A stretch of 63,570 nucleotides of DNA, counting the filler. It is 10 parts of 10 records of this genome, joined end to end, with 100 filler letters (N's around TTAATTAATTAA, not from the genome) between each part and the next. Parts side by side here need not be neighbours in the genome. Positions count along the whole stretch, not along the records: positions 1 to 6,994 come from SRR7504441_9290; positions 7,095 to 11,441 come from SRR7504441_9291; 8 more parts are not named here. One strand, written 5' to 3'. Of the stretch, positions 1 to 11,541 are shown piece by piece. The first letter of the stretch is position 1, and each line of letters starts with the position of its first letter. The notes under the pieces were generated by a model. The model had not been told where the DNA came from, ran no database searches, and worked only from the letters and a program-made list of their open reading frames with translations. A program made the translations under genes and the position numbers.

Positions 1-2
1 GC

Positions 3-1218
3 ACTGGGTTCTTCGCTGGCTTCGGGGTGGTGTACATGGGCGGTGCCTGGCCGACATGGATGCAATTGATCGGGGACAGGTGTGCAGTACCTGATCTACG
101 TCAAAGGATTCGGGTGGCTCTTCCCAACAGCCGACAGATTCGTCCGACTGCCGTTGGCCCAGCGGCTGGCCGACAAACGTGGAATGCTCGAGGCGCTGGC
201 GCAGGTGGCTGCCGACTGCTTTGTGCACATCCCCTTCTTATACTTTCCAGCTTTCCTGTTGCTCAAAGACCTGATTCTAAACCCGGATGGCATATCAGTG
301 CACGGCCGTTCGCGGGCAGCCGAAGTGCTCCGGGAGTACGGCGACGAGTTCTGGGAGCTTAATGCGGCCACCTGCAAGTTTTTCATCCCGTCGGGCGTGG
401 TGATGTTCGGACTGGTCCCTATGCACATGCGGATCCCTTACGTGGCTTGCATTGGCCTGGTCTGGGCCTCGTTCCTGTCCTACCTCAAAGGCGACTCAAC
501 CGAGGAGGAGCAAGTCATCGACCCGCTCCGGCTGATCCCAGCGCTAGCTGAATATCGGCATGGTCTGGCGTTCAGCACGGGCGGAGTCGTATCGGAGGAC
601 CAGTTTGTGCAACTGTTCGCCCGTGTTGGGGTGGAGCAGGACGAGCAGCTCCGGTACCTGTTCCAGGCTCTCGACTTGGACCGGAGCGGCACCCTACCCG
701 CAGTAGTAGTAGACGTGCTCCTGGCGCTCCTGGCCCAGACTGCTCCGGAGATGCTGTTCGATGTGTGCGACCGGCAGGCAACCGGGCATCTCTCATATGC
801 TGAGGTGACCGGGATGCTTGGCGCACTAGTAACTGTCTATGAGAGGACGACCGGGACGCCCGTCTGGCTGTACGCTGTTGGGCCCCGGCTGCCCGGTTCG
901 TACCTACGCAGTGAGGAATACAAGCTCGAGCGCAAGGCCCAGCTTTACAGCCTATACCCAGAGATGGCCCGGAAAAACCTCTCATTGCCTGAATGCATTG
1001 CGGAGGAGGGGAAGATACTAGCCGACGGTGGCTTGCCTGGCCAGCCATTGCAGTTGATCGGGGGGACAGGTGTGTTCAAGTCTGCTGACAAGAACCAAGA
1101 CCATAAGGTGAGCCGGGCCGAGTTTGAGGCTTGGCTGCAGAGCGGGCACCCGGTTGCTGGCACCGTGCACAAGATCTACAAAAACTACCAAGTCCGGCCG
1201 GCGCTCAGCACAGACTAG
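3..1218 (+). CDS. Mpv17/PMP22-family membrane protein fused to C-terminal EF-hands (5'-partial)
   Basis: Mpv17-like segments (QVAADCFVHIPFLYFPAF; VPMHMRIPYVACIGLVWASFLS) followed by EF-hand loops (DLDRSGTL, DRQATGHLSYAE, DKNQDHKVSRAEF). GT-AG introns at 43-79 and 1028-1069. Confidence 0.8.
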
Positions 1219-1270
1219 CGCAGATATACGGCGTGCACATGTCGTGCCTTCTCTGTCACGGCTATAATTA

Positions 1271-1358
1271 AATAAATCACAATTTTTTATACTGCTATAG
1301 GTACCGAAGAGCCCCGACGTTCTAATAAATGTACTTATACACTGCTATAGGTACCGAA
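1271..1358. repeat. ~50-nt-period direct duplication in a convergent intergenic region
   Basis: ACTGCTATAGGTACCGAA at 1291-1308 and 1341-1358, each preceded by AATAAAT. Confidence 0.85.
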
Positions 1359-1500
1359 TACAATCATGTAGCGGTTATGTGATTCATTCGAATGAAGCGT
1401 GTGTCACCAATTATTCCATAACGAGTTCGTAGGCGGAGCTCAGCTGAAGCTCTCCTAGCTGGTGCCGAATACATAGGGTATCCGGCTCATTGCACGAGGC

Positions 1501-2524
1501 TCAGAGCCCGGAGCTGAGCGCTGCAATCCTCCACTCCGAACTCATCAGCTGCCCCGGACTGATCCCCTCCAACGGCTTTCTGAGCTCCGCCTTGCTCTGC
1601 GCCGCCAGCACCTTGAGCGCCTGTGCCGTGTTGACCGCCGCGGCCGGGATCAGCTTCTCCGGCAGGTGCGAATATATTCTCCGCGTGACGGTCTCGACGT
1701 CTTGCCATTCTCGCCCGCCAGCAGCGAGCGCCTTGGCCACCTGCGCCACCCTCGCCTGGCGATGCCGAATGTACTCGCTGATCAGCTGCTGGCCATCCTC
1801 CACCACCGGGCCGTGGCTGGTGTAAAGGCGGGTCGGCCGGAGCGCCAGCATCCTCTCCAGTGAGGTCAGGTACTGTGGCAGGTCTCGGAACACAGGCGTG
1901 CCGGTGCCCAGCACGTTGTCCCCGGTGAACAGCGCTCGCTCCTCCTCGAGCAACAGCACGCAATGGTCCTCCGCGTGCCCTGGCGTGTGGTGCACTGTCA
2001 GGGTCGCACTGCCGTCCTGCGTGCGGATCACTTGCCTATCTGTTAGCCGCCGGACTTCCGCGCCGGCCAGCGCCGCTTCGGGGTCCTCGTCGCCCTCCCC
2101 GGGCCAGCGGGCCTCCGCTGTGGGCGGGATCAGCTTGTGCACCGGGATGTCCCGCCCAAACGCGTCGAGGACGGCCTGCACTCCGCCGATGTGATCTCTG
2201 TGCCAGTGTGTGATCACAATCGACTCGATCGCTGGCCTTGTGCTCAGGCCGGGCGGCCAGGCCGGGCGCACCGCTGGCCCCCGCCTGGCGCAAGGCGCGC
2301 TTGAGCACCGGGATGTACTCTCGGGCGAACTGCTTGTCGCCGGTGTCGATTAGCAGCCGGGATTTGCCGGCCCCGACCAGGTATGTGTTGGTGCCACGGA
2401 GCGAGAAGGCCGACGGGTTCATACCGAGCGCCACTGTCACTAGCCCGCTCAGCCGCCCGCTGATCGGCACTGGCGGCAGGTTCTGCTGGCCCTGCTGGAA
2501 GTGGGCCACCAGCCTGCCCGCCAT
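1501..2524 (-). CDS. LACTB2: LACTB2-like metallo-beta-lactamase-fold protein
   Basis: GMNPSAFSLRGTNTYLVG, LIDTG, THWHRDHIGG, HTPGHAEDH, LFTGD, HGP motifs. One 40-nt GT-AG intron at 2232-2271 joins the two ORF-track frames. Confidence 0.88.
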
Positions 2525-2595
2525 GACCGGAACAGCTGCAGGCAAAAATCTGACAGACTGACAGATCCATGGCAGGCTGATCAGATCTGACCACC

Positions 2596-3327
2596 ATGGC
2601 AGGCCGGCTGCTGGTGCGCTGCCCCCGCGGGCCTGGCCTCACCCGTTTTGTGTGCAGCTAGCGGTGCTGCTGCTTATGGTATGCTCCGAGGTGCTCGGTG
2701 GGAGGCGGAAGAAAGGTCCAGATAAGCGGCGCCGGAGAAGCTGGGGAACCAAACTCCAGGGCGCGTGCAGCAGCAGCCTTGAACCTACAGACAAATGGAT
2801 CTTGGTGAATGACAAGGTGGGGCTCGGGGAATCTTCCCTAGCCGACCTTGAGGCCGGGCGAAGAAGGAAAAAGAAAGGGCCACCAAAGCCACCGGCATAT
2901 CTGGGTCCCCAGTTTGCCGTTGCGCAGGCTCAAGCCCACGCGTAGGCGTAAGTCCAAGCGCAGACGCAAGCCCACGCGTAGGCGAAAGTTCAGGCGTAGG
3001 CGCAAGCACAAGCGTGGGCGAAAGTTCAGGCGTAGGCGCAAGCATAAGCGTACGAGGAGCCAGCAAGATTTGCGCAAGCGTATGTGGGTGGCAGCGAGGC
3101 AAAGAAAGGCCAAAGCTGCAAAAGCACTACAAACAAGGCTCGCAAAAACAAACGAGAAATCTGTACGGAAGCGCAAGCCTGCAAACACCGACATCAGAGT
3201 TTGTGCTGTGAAGAAGATCATCTTGGGTTGTGAGCACGTGACCGTCGATAACATGGATTTTTCGTTCTCAAGCAAAAAGAACATTTGTGATCCGCGCACA
3301 TCCACGGTGGCTGCATCTTTTGCCTGA
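2596..3327 (+). CDS. Secreted, extremely Arg/Lys-rich repeat protein
   Basis: Removing a 44-nt intron (2614-2657) gives the signal-peptide-like MAGRLLLAVLLLMVCSEVLG. RRRK-type repeats follow, then a small Cys-containing C-terminus. The internal frame switch near 2890-2928 needs an intron whose donor is uncertain. Confidence 0.55.
2930..3060 (+). repeat. Coding 18-nt-unit tandem repeat (CGTAGGCGCAAG-like) encoding RRRK(S/P/F/H)(K/T/R)
   Basis: Repeated cgtaggcg(t/c/a)aag units visible directly. Confidence 0.85.
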
Positions 3328-3513
3328 GGGCGCACAAGGTCTTGACCTCTGTATAATCATAGAAAAGATCCGAATATTTTTTCTAGTAAGATGGTCACTT
3401 CTACTTTACTTTTACTTAGAATGCTACTTGGTTTGCGCATGCTACTTGTTTGTCGTTAACAAGGTGTAACATGCTGCGTAAGGCTTCAAAGCGGTGCGAG
3501 GTGCGAAGAGGTG

Positions 3514-6500
3514 ATGAACCGGTGGACGCTGCTCCTGCCGCTCTGCGCGGCCACCGTGTCTGCCAGTTACGCGCCGTGCCTCTGGCTCAACCGGCTGGCC
3601 CGGCAGCTCAACGTCTCGGACATCCCCACCGCCCGCACAAGTGCGATCTCCGCGCTCGACTCACTCGGGCCGAACTGGCGCAGGCTGGGAGTGCCGGAGG
3701 AGGGGCTCGCGGCGCTGCATGGAGCGATCCGGACACCGTGCCAGTACGACCCGTCGCTGCCCGCCGACCGGGAGGCTGACCGGCCGTGGTGGGACATGAC
3801 AAACTTGACAGCCGAGCGGGCCGCCCCGCGCCATCTCCAGCTGCTGGCCCAGACGAGCACCGCCCGGGTGATCAACGAGTACATTCCACCGGGGGCCGGG
3901 CAAGACTATTTTGCGATCTCGCGCTACTGGCTCAGGCTCAGTCGGGGGGTTCGGGTGGCCCGGCGGACACGCCGCTGCCGTGGGGTAAGCGAGCTCGGTC
4001 TGCTGGGCTGCCCCGCCGGTCGAGATGAGAGGGAGCAAGGGCGGCCGGGCGAGTGGTCGGTCCAGTTTGGCGGGCCGCACTGGCTGGAATCGTCCACGGC
4101 GCTGTCAGAGCCTGAAGGAGCGGCCAACTGCCCCAGAGCCAACTCAGGCGAGTGTCGAGGCTTCTCCTACATAATAGAGATCCGGCCCAGCGCGGACCAG
4201 GCTCGCGCCACCAGCCCGGAGACCATTCGAGCCATTCGGGACTCGTCGGTGCCGCTGGCGCGGGATGCGGTGATGCCAGCGCCAGTATTTGAGACAATGA
4301 TGGAGTCCCGATGCGATTGGCTCAACCAGATCGCCGCCGCTACCGGGTCCACGGACCTGGATCGGGCCAAACGCGCGGTCAAGGAGGCGTTTGATAGCGC
4401 CTCGGCCGGACAGTGGGCCAGTGTCAACTTGGATCCGGTGTCTATCGCCAGGATTACAGCAGGCCTCACCTCAGATCTCCCCCCAAACTGCAGCTACGAC
4501 CCTCAGACCCGGCGGGTGGATAACTTCTATCCGTGGGCCCAAATGGAGCGTCTCACGGGACACATTGCGGCCCCGTTCAACCACAAGGTGTTGTTTGAGA
4601 CTGACAAGATCCGGTGCAACAACGTCTGGCAGCCTCCTGCCCAATGGGAGCACTTCCACGCTCACCGCTACTTCAATGTTTTCATCAGCTGGGGCACCTT
4701 CCCGGCCATTCAAGACCACGACCCCACTGGCACGGTGGAGCAACGGACAGTCCCATGCAACCAGTCTGACCCGGCCTGCACTGCGATGAACCTGTCTGTC
4801 AACACTCTCAGTCCCGAGTACTTTCATGCAGCCGAGGCGTTCCCCGGGCAGGGCGCCATCCCCGGTCCGAGTGCAAACTGCCCGACTGAGCTGGCTCCGA
4901 CTGAGTGCAAGGGGTTCACGATGATATGCGAGCTCAAGCAGGCCACTTCCCAGCCTTCAAACACGCCATACCGTTTCGATTTGAACTGGCCGGTGAGCCC
5001 TCCGGCCTCGGTGTTCAATAGCAGCGCCAAGTTCACTGCAATAGCTGTGGCTGAGAGCTCGGTGCTGGCGGTGCAGCGGGGCGAGACGGCGGCCGGGCCG
5101 ATTGTTGAGTTTTACCTCAATGGGAGCTACAAGGGCCGGTGGGCACCTGCTGCCCCTGCCGAGTTGAGGAGAGCACACGGGATGCGGGTGCAGAGGGAAG
5201 GAGGCCGCGAGTTCTTATGGGTAACAGACATGGGAGACTACACTGTCAAGAAGTTTGATATTCGCACCCACCAGCTGCTGCTGACCCTCGGGACTGTTGG
5301 TACACCGGGGCAGAGCATATCGCCACTGCGGTTCGGGAATGTGTCTGATGTAGCGTTTGGCCCGGATGGCGCCCTTTTCATCAGCGACGGCGACTGTCTG
5401 TGTACGGATGGAGGGTTGAACCACAGAGTCGTGATGTTTAATCTGACCACAATGGAGGCTGTTTGGGCGGTTGGCAACAACGGGACCAGCCTGCCACCAG
5501 GCCAAAGCTTCCAGAATCCACACGCGGTTGAATACGACCGCAACCGGGGATGGGTCTGGGTAGCCGATCGCGAGCACAACCGCACAGTGGCCCTGGATGC
5601 CAAGACAGGCCAGGCTCGCGGTGCGTGGTCGTTCAACAAGTTTAGTGCTGGTGGGCTTCGCCGGCCGTCACCCAACGGCCTTCGGATCGATCAGGATCGA
5701 GACCTGCTGATCACCGCCAACATCCCAGCCCCAATCAGCTCACCGGTGGGCGAGTTCACAATGACAGTGTTTAATCTATCTGCGAGTGTGAACTCGGATG
5801 ATTTACAGCTGTCGTTTATCAAGGAGCTGCCTCATGTGGGCGCACACGAGATTGACATAGACCAGCGGGACGGATCGGTCTTCTTTGCATACTTCCACTC
5901 CAACCAGCTAGGACGAGCAGCGCCTCAGCTCCACTCAGCCCCACCAACCCAACCGCCAAGCAAGCCAATACTCATACCAGTGGGCCGGAGCTTCCTATCG
6001 ACGGAGCCGTCACTCGCTGCCCGCCACTTTGAGCAGGCATTTGGCAGCAAGCCCGCCAGCCAGAACATCACGCGAGACAGCACCTGTGCCGAGGTGGCCG
6101 CAGTGGATCACTTCGGGCAGCGTCTCGAGTTCGTTCGAGACTTCACAAAGCCGGCCGGCGTGCTGCCCCGGGATGCGTTCGCCCGAGCGGCAGCCGATGC
6201 GATGCATTCGGTCTCTGGGCGTCAGGTCAACTACTCGCGGTGGGAGGACAATCACGACGGATACATTGGGGCGTCGACCCGGCAGCTCGAAGCCCGAGTG
6301 AACGTGGATGCTGTTGTGCAGTTTGGCGGCTCAAAGATCAACTTTTATCACGAAACGCACCTGCCTCAGCCGTTAGCTCGCCGGACCGGGATCCTGCGGG
6401 TGCTGGTCCCGGGCTCCATCTCAACCACCGAGCACGCGGGTCAGTTCTCGGCACGTGACATGCGTTTGTTGGACCGGCTGGCGCTGCCGGACCCGGACGA

Positions 6501-6994
6501 CTGCAGGAACTTGAGCCAGGCCAACAACTCGCTGCCAGACGCGCAGTGGTGGTGGAAGTCGACTTACGCTAGTGCCTCGCCACAGCAGGCGGCGGACTTT
6601 GTTGTGCAGCATCTAGGGGCGATGCATGTCGAGTCGCCGTACCCATACCCGGACAGGACAGGATGCACTACGGCACGGTGGGTGCAGTTTGAGAACGGAT
6701 TCATGATGCACTTCGTTCAAAGCTGGGAATATCACGACAAACGCACGCCGAGTCCTGAAGATCGGGCGGAATATGTGCAAGAGCTGCGACAGTTTGATCG
6801 TGACGTGTTCGACACGTTCGCATATGAGAGCCTGATCTTCTGGAGCAATGACCTGACTGGTCTTGTCAGGCAGCTTGAGTCAAACCGGGTGGCTCACTTG
6901 GTTCGGCGCTGGGATGGGACGGATGGGAGGAGTACGTTTGGTGTGTTTGTGGACTTGCCTGGCAATGGGATTGTTGTGCAGATTAGGGGCAATG
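3514..6994 (+). CDS. Large secreted multidomain protein: 2x cupin-like repeat, NHL/NHLRC3-like beta-propeller, VOC/glyoxalase-like region (3'-partial)
   Basis: Uninterrupted ORF with signal peptide. Internal repeat (WLNRLA...AAPRHLQLL / WLNQIA...AAPFNHKVLFE...HFHAH). NHL motifs (HGMRV, LWVTD, DVAF, SDGD..GGLNHRV, PHAV..D..VWVADRE). Runs into the spacer. Confidence 0.75.
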
Positions 6995-7094
6995 NNNNNN
7001 NNNNNNNNNNNNNNNNNNNNNNNNNNNNNNNNNNNNNNTTAATTAATTAANNNNNNNNNNNNNNNNNNNNNNNNNNNNNNNNNNNNNNNNNNNN
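6995..7094. other. Artificial contig spacer
   Basis: 44N + TTAATTAATTAA (six-frame stop) + 44N. Confidence 0.98.
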
Positions 7095-7538
7095 TAACCC
7101 TAAATTAGGCCGTTCATTAATGCGCCGTTATGCCGACACGCATGCTCGAAGAACTGCGACAGAAAAGTGCCCGTGGCGTGGCAAGACGCAGCGTCGAGAA
7201 TATAGAAGAACGCATGGTCAAGGAGCTGTTGAACAGTGCACCGTACGATATGGAAGAACTTTTCGGCCCGGGGCCGCAGTGACGCGATTGCCGACCTCCG
7301 GTCCGAGCTGGCCTATATAAGCTTAATTGGCACTGGGCGCGCGATGCTCTTGCACGTTCTCGAGTGTTACGAGCAAGGCAAGGTGCGTTTAGTTGAGTTA
7401 AGAAATCAGCCTTGCCTACGTGTAGAACTAGACTAACCTTAATTAATTAATTGAAGGCAAGTACACTTCGTACTCAAAATGTAGATTGTGACGATGCGTT
7501 ATTATTGGAGATCTCCAATAGTGTACGCGTAACATGTG

Positions 7539-8831
7539 CTAGTCATAATCACTTGATCCGTCAGGTCGCTTTGCGGTGCAAATATTCGTGGAGCAATCCC
7601 AAGCAACACCCTCTGGGCTCGTGTACCGCAACGCTTCGGGAAGGTGAGCCATGAATGCCTGAAATTTAGGTGGCACCGGCAGGCTCGCCTTCTCCATGGC
7701 GGACCGGACCTGAGTGGCTAGATAGGTCCATGCCTTGAGTTGTAACGTCGGTAGATCCGAAGCGATCGAAGGGGACGCCATCATCTGGCGAACATAACAG
7801 CCCACCTGGCCAGCATCCTTTTCCGGCAGAGCGATTTCCATCTCAGGGTGGTATGTGAAGCCTAATGCATTGCGCTTCCCACTGAAGTGCACAGCTGCCG
7901 GGGGCTTTCCTGGCACTTCCTCGAAACGCTGGAGCACTTCCGCATCGCCAGGGAAAGTCCCGGCAGTCAACGACCCCCCGGCGTAAGCGGCGAACAGGGC
8001 TGCAGAGACATTGCTGGGATCGGACAGCCTTGCGATCACAGCGCGCCCGTCCTTCACGAATTCGCCACCCACCGGCGCCGAACCATTTCGGCCTGGGGTC
8101 TCAGCCCCAACACCAAACACTGGCCCGACCTCCATCTCGAGCAGGGACAAGGAGGTTGTGAATTCGTCAAAGGACCAGTCTTGGCCGGGGTATGTACCGG
8201 GCTTCACGTGGTTGAAACTCCTACCTCGAGAAGTGAAGTACCCAAAGCCACCGCACGACCCTACATATAGCCCGCCGCAGTCCATGAACCGCTGCAGGTG
8301 GTCGCGGGCTCCGGCGAAGCCGGCATACAGCTGTGCCTGGCCACCTGGCATCGCAAAGATCTGGACACTGCTTGCACTTTTATTGCGCAGTTGTCCGCCG
8401 CACGCTGGGTTGGCCAGATTGGCGGGGCTGAGCTCGAGCACCCTCATACCGGCCCACGAAAAGAAGGCGTGCCAGCTCTTCCACAAGGACACCGCAATGG
8501 GGTCATTGTTCCATGTGTCGTCGACCTTAAGCACAGCCACATCGGCACTCTGTAAGTCGGGGCAGGTGCGGTTGGTGTGCGCGTTCGCCCAGTCGGCGTA
8601 GAATGCCTCGTCCTGCGTCCACGATATGTCTGGGTCCGTGGCTGGGTTCGGGTTTGCCGTGATGTTTGTAATCGTCGGGAACGACTTGCCGAACGCCTCA
8701 CGCAGCTTGCGGGCGAGCTCGTCCCTCGCGGGTGGGCTAAGCCGGCCGTCCACAGCGACGACCTCAGCAAGGAGCGCGAGAAGCAGCAGCACCGCTGCGC
8801 ATCCACCGACCCGCTGCGCAGCCACCGACAT
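7539..8831 (-). CDS. Secreted BPL_N / class I glutamine-amidotransferase-like protein
   Basis: Signal peptide; MPGG, GGLYVGSCGG (nucleophile elbow) and HPE motifs typical of BPL_N; intronless. Confidence 0.72.
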   Translation of the reverse strand: MSVAAQRVGGCAAVLLLLALLAEVVAVDGRLSPPARDELARKLREAFGKSFPTITNITANPNPATDPDISWTQDEAFYADWANAHTNRTCPDLQSADVAVLKVDDTWNNDPIAVSLWKSWHAFFSWAGMRVLELSPANLANPACGGQLRNKSASSVQIFAMPGGQAQLYAGFAGARDHLQRFMDCGGLYVGSCGGFGYFTSRGRSFNHVKPGTYPGQDWSFDEFTTSLSLLEMEVGPVFGVGAETPGRNGSAPVGGEFVKDGRAVIARLSDPSNVSAALFAAYAGGSLTAGTFPGDAEVLQRFEEVPGKPPAAVHFSGKRNALGFTYHPEMEIALPEKDAGQVGCYVRQMMASPSIASDLPTLQLKAWTYLATQVRSAMEKASLPVPPKFQAFMAHLPEALRYTSPEGVAWDCSTNICTAKRPDGSSDYD

Positions 8832-9164
8832 TTTCCGTTGCGCACCGACCCGAACCAAGCAGCACTTCCCCACTCGGTCACTACCCGACTACCCAACAAC
8901 TCGTCATCGGGTGAGCTCACGAAGCCGATCACCAAGCCGATCAAGCCGACAAGCAAGCAATCGACCGCCAAACCCAAGTCTCTGGTTGCGCCTCCGGATC
9001 CGGATGCGACAACGCCGATATCGATTTATTACGACGTAGATTATTAATCGGAACTGGCAGGGAACAGAAATATCTCTTTTGATTGACTTTGACTGATTTA
9101 ATCATAAGCTCCTTTCGGCGGTTCTCGGTGTTGTATTCGGTTGATGGTGTGGAACTCGAAATGA

Positions 9165-10177
9165 TCAAATCCATTCAAAGGTCAACAGAAATCGTAGATG
9201 CGGCGGGCGGATCTCCGCAAATTCAGGGGCAAGAAACATCCGGCGGCTGATACCAGCGGTCCGGCCAGGTAGCACCTGTGGGTCGAACTAAACCCCTCCG
9301 CGTGCTCGGCAAGGCGCACCACGACTGTTGCAAAGCGCGGAACGTAGCATTTAACCACAAACTCTAGTGTGTACACACCTGTGTGAGCAGATCAGCTGTG
9401 CCTGTAAAGGCTACTCCAACCTGGTGGGATCCCTCTGATCACAAATGCGCCTACGACCACTCTAGCTTTCACTAAGACCGGCGTCCTCTCTGCATTCGCA
9501 CCACGGCGCAAAAGGACAGCAGACTTGGGGCAGACAGGGCAGCTGCATATCTTTGTGATCCTGCGCCCGGTGGACGACGACCTCAGCACGCCCTTGATCC
9601 GCCCAGTCGGAATTCCCACCGCGTAGAGCTGTGGCATGGGGACTGGTGCCACCCTTTGGCGCTGTCCCACGACTATTTTGTAAAAAGCGAGCACAGTCTG
9701 GTGCCCCTCCTTTGTGTACGTTATCTTTCGACGCCCGGTATCGCCCTGCGCTTCCCAGGTTTCCACAGATATGATGTACCGCCCGCCAGCGTCGGTGAAG
9801 GCCTGACAGCGCCCTTGCGAATGTGTGTACGAAATCTTGACCCCTGGCAGCGGCTGCCGGCCAGGGACACTGAGTACTCGGCCGTAGAGCACGCCACTCT
9901 GGGGGCCCGGCTGGCTGCCGCAGCTCACTAGGGGGACCATGGGCCCCGGCCTGACCGGGGTCTGGCTCATCAGGTTCCAGCTGCCCTCCAGCGTGTGGAA
10001 CTCGTCCCGCATCGGGATTTGGGCCCAGCCGTCAGCCAGCATCAGCCCGCCCAAACAGAGAAGCCAGGTCAGCCCGACAGGGCAGCGCCGCTCCCAGCGC
10101 CCGCCACACTGGCGCCGTCCCGACGCGTGGGCCCAGCGCGTCATCAGCCAACGATCACCAGCTCTCACACTCTCCAT
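9165..10177 (-). CDS. Probable secreted protein with carboxypeptidase-regulatory-like beta-sandwich repeats
   Basis: GRV...PLPGVKI...TDAGGRY and, after a 42-nt intron near 9378-9419, GIPPGVYTLEF. Start and end uncertain. Confidence 0.55.
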
Positions 10178-10395
10178 GGCCAGGACAGCCAGCTTCCGGA
10201 ATAAAGAATAATCAAACCTGTCGCCCGCCGTTGCTGGGGCGTATGGCTGTGCGGGCGGCACCGATCACACCCATCCAGCCGCCCGGCCCAGACAAGCTTA
10301 CACTTGACGCGGACCTGCCGCGGGTCTCGCCCCGCCGGCTGTTCAACATGCCCGGGCTGGACACCCCCGGTTCGGCTCGGCACACCCCGCGCCGG

Positions 10396-11360
10396 ATGTC
10401 TGTGAGCAGCAGGGGCTCGGCGATGACCATGGACGAGGAACGGCTGAGGGAGGAGCTGGACGCCAAGGAGCGGGAGCTGGTGGCCGCCCGGAGCACCCGG
10501 GCTTCCCTGATGGGCCAAGTACGGACGATGGGCCAGGCCACTGTCCGGGCCAATGAGGAGGTGCGTCTGAGGGGCAATGGCGGCCGGACAGGAGGCAGGT
10601 GTCCCGGCTCGAGGCCCGCATCGAGGAATGCCGAGCCCAGGCCCGAGCGCAGACGGCGCAGCACGCGGCGGTGTTGTCGATCTACCGGATGCTGGTCCGT
10701 GCTGACCGGGGCTCCAACTAAGTGCTGGTTTGACAGGGTCGGAACCAGGTGGCGCAGGTTGCTGTGTGGTCATGGCAGCGGGGCGCGCACAGTGCGCGGA
10801 TGGTGGCTGTGGCCCACCGAGGGGCTGTGATGACGATGCTGGGTTGGGTTGGACGGCAGCAGGACATAGCGTTGTGCAGGATACTGGCAGCATGGTCTTG
10901 CAGGTCGTGGCAAAGCCGTGAGCGTACTCCAGTGACCCGTGGCCGGCCGACCAACGGTTCAGTTCACGCCCCGAGCAATTCATCGGAGCCAGCCACACTG
11001 AGAGGGCACGGTCGTGGCACGGAGGAGGAAGCAACGCTGCTGCCAGAGGAGCAACGGCACACGGAGCCGGAGTCTTTGAACTCTTCATTCACCTCATCCT
11101 CTACATTAGCAGGCGACTACTATGCTGTGCTTGGGGTGTCCAAGCAAGCGACGCTCGAGCAAATTAAAAAGGCGTACAAGAAGAAGTCGCTTGAGCACCA
11201 TCCAGACAAGGGAGGTGACCCACAACACTTCAACGCCGTCTCCAAGGCCTACGAAACCCTGTCCAATCCGCAGAAGCGCGCGGCATATGCCAGGGCTCGC
11301 AGACCCCGGGTGCGAGAATCACATGAGGAAGAGCGTTGCCAAGCATGCATAATTTCGTGA
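10396..11360 (+). CDS. Coiled-coil protein with C-terminal DnaJ (J) domain
   Basis: DYYAVLGV...IKKAYKK..LEHHPDKGG...AYETLSNP. Upstream coiled-coil exons joined by ~40-nt introns. Confidence 0.8.
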
Positions 11361-11441
11361 GATTCGGACGAATCAATCGTTCATCATGATGATCAATGAA
11401 TCTTTTGCGCATGAGTGTCTGTTTATTCAAGTAAACTTAAC

Positions 11442-11541
11442 NNNNNNNNNNNNNNNNNNNNNNNNNNNNNNNNNNNNNNNNNNNNTTAATTAATTAANNN
11501 NNNNNNNNNNNNNNNNNNNNNNNNNNNNNNNNNNNNNNNNN
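11442..11541. other. Artificial contig spacer
   Basis: 44N + TTAATTAATTAA + 44N. Confidence 0.98.

Noticed and set aside
1291-1358. Direct repeats with a spacer resembling a mini-CRISPR
   Set aside because: Only two 18-nt copies, eukaryotic context and no cas genes; a local duplication.
7130-7282. Short protein-like ORF (MPTRMLEELRQK...) at the start of contig 2
   Set aside because: About 50 codons, no recognisable motif and no clear splice connection.
7439-7450. TTAATTAATTAA without flanking Ns
   Set aside because: Lies in AT-rich intergenic DNA where (TAAT)n runs recur (e.g. near 60330); most likely chance.
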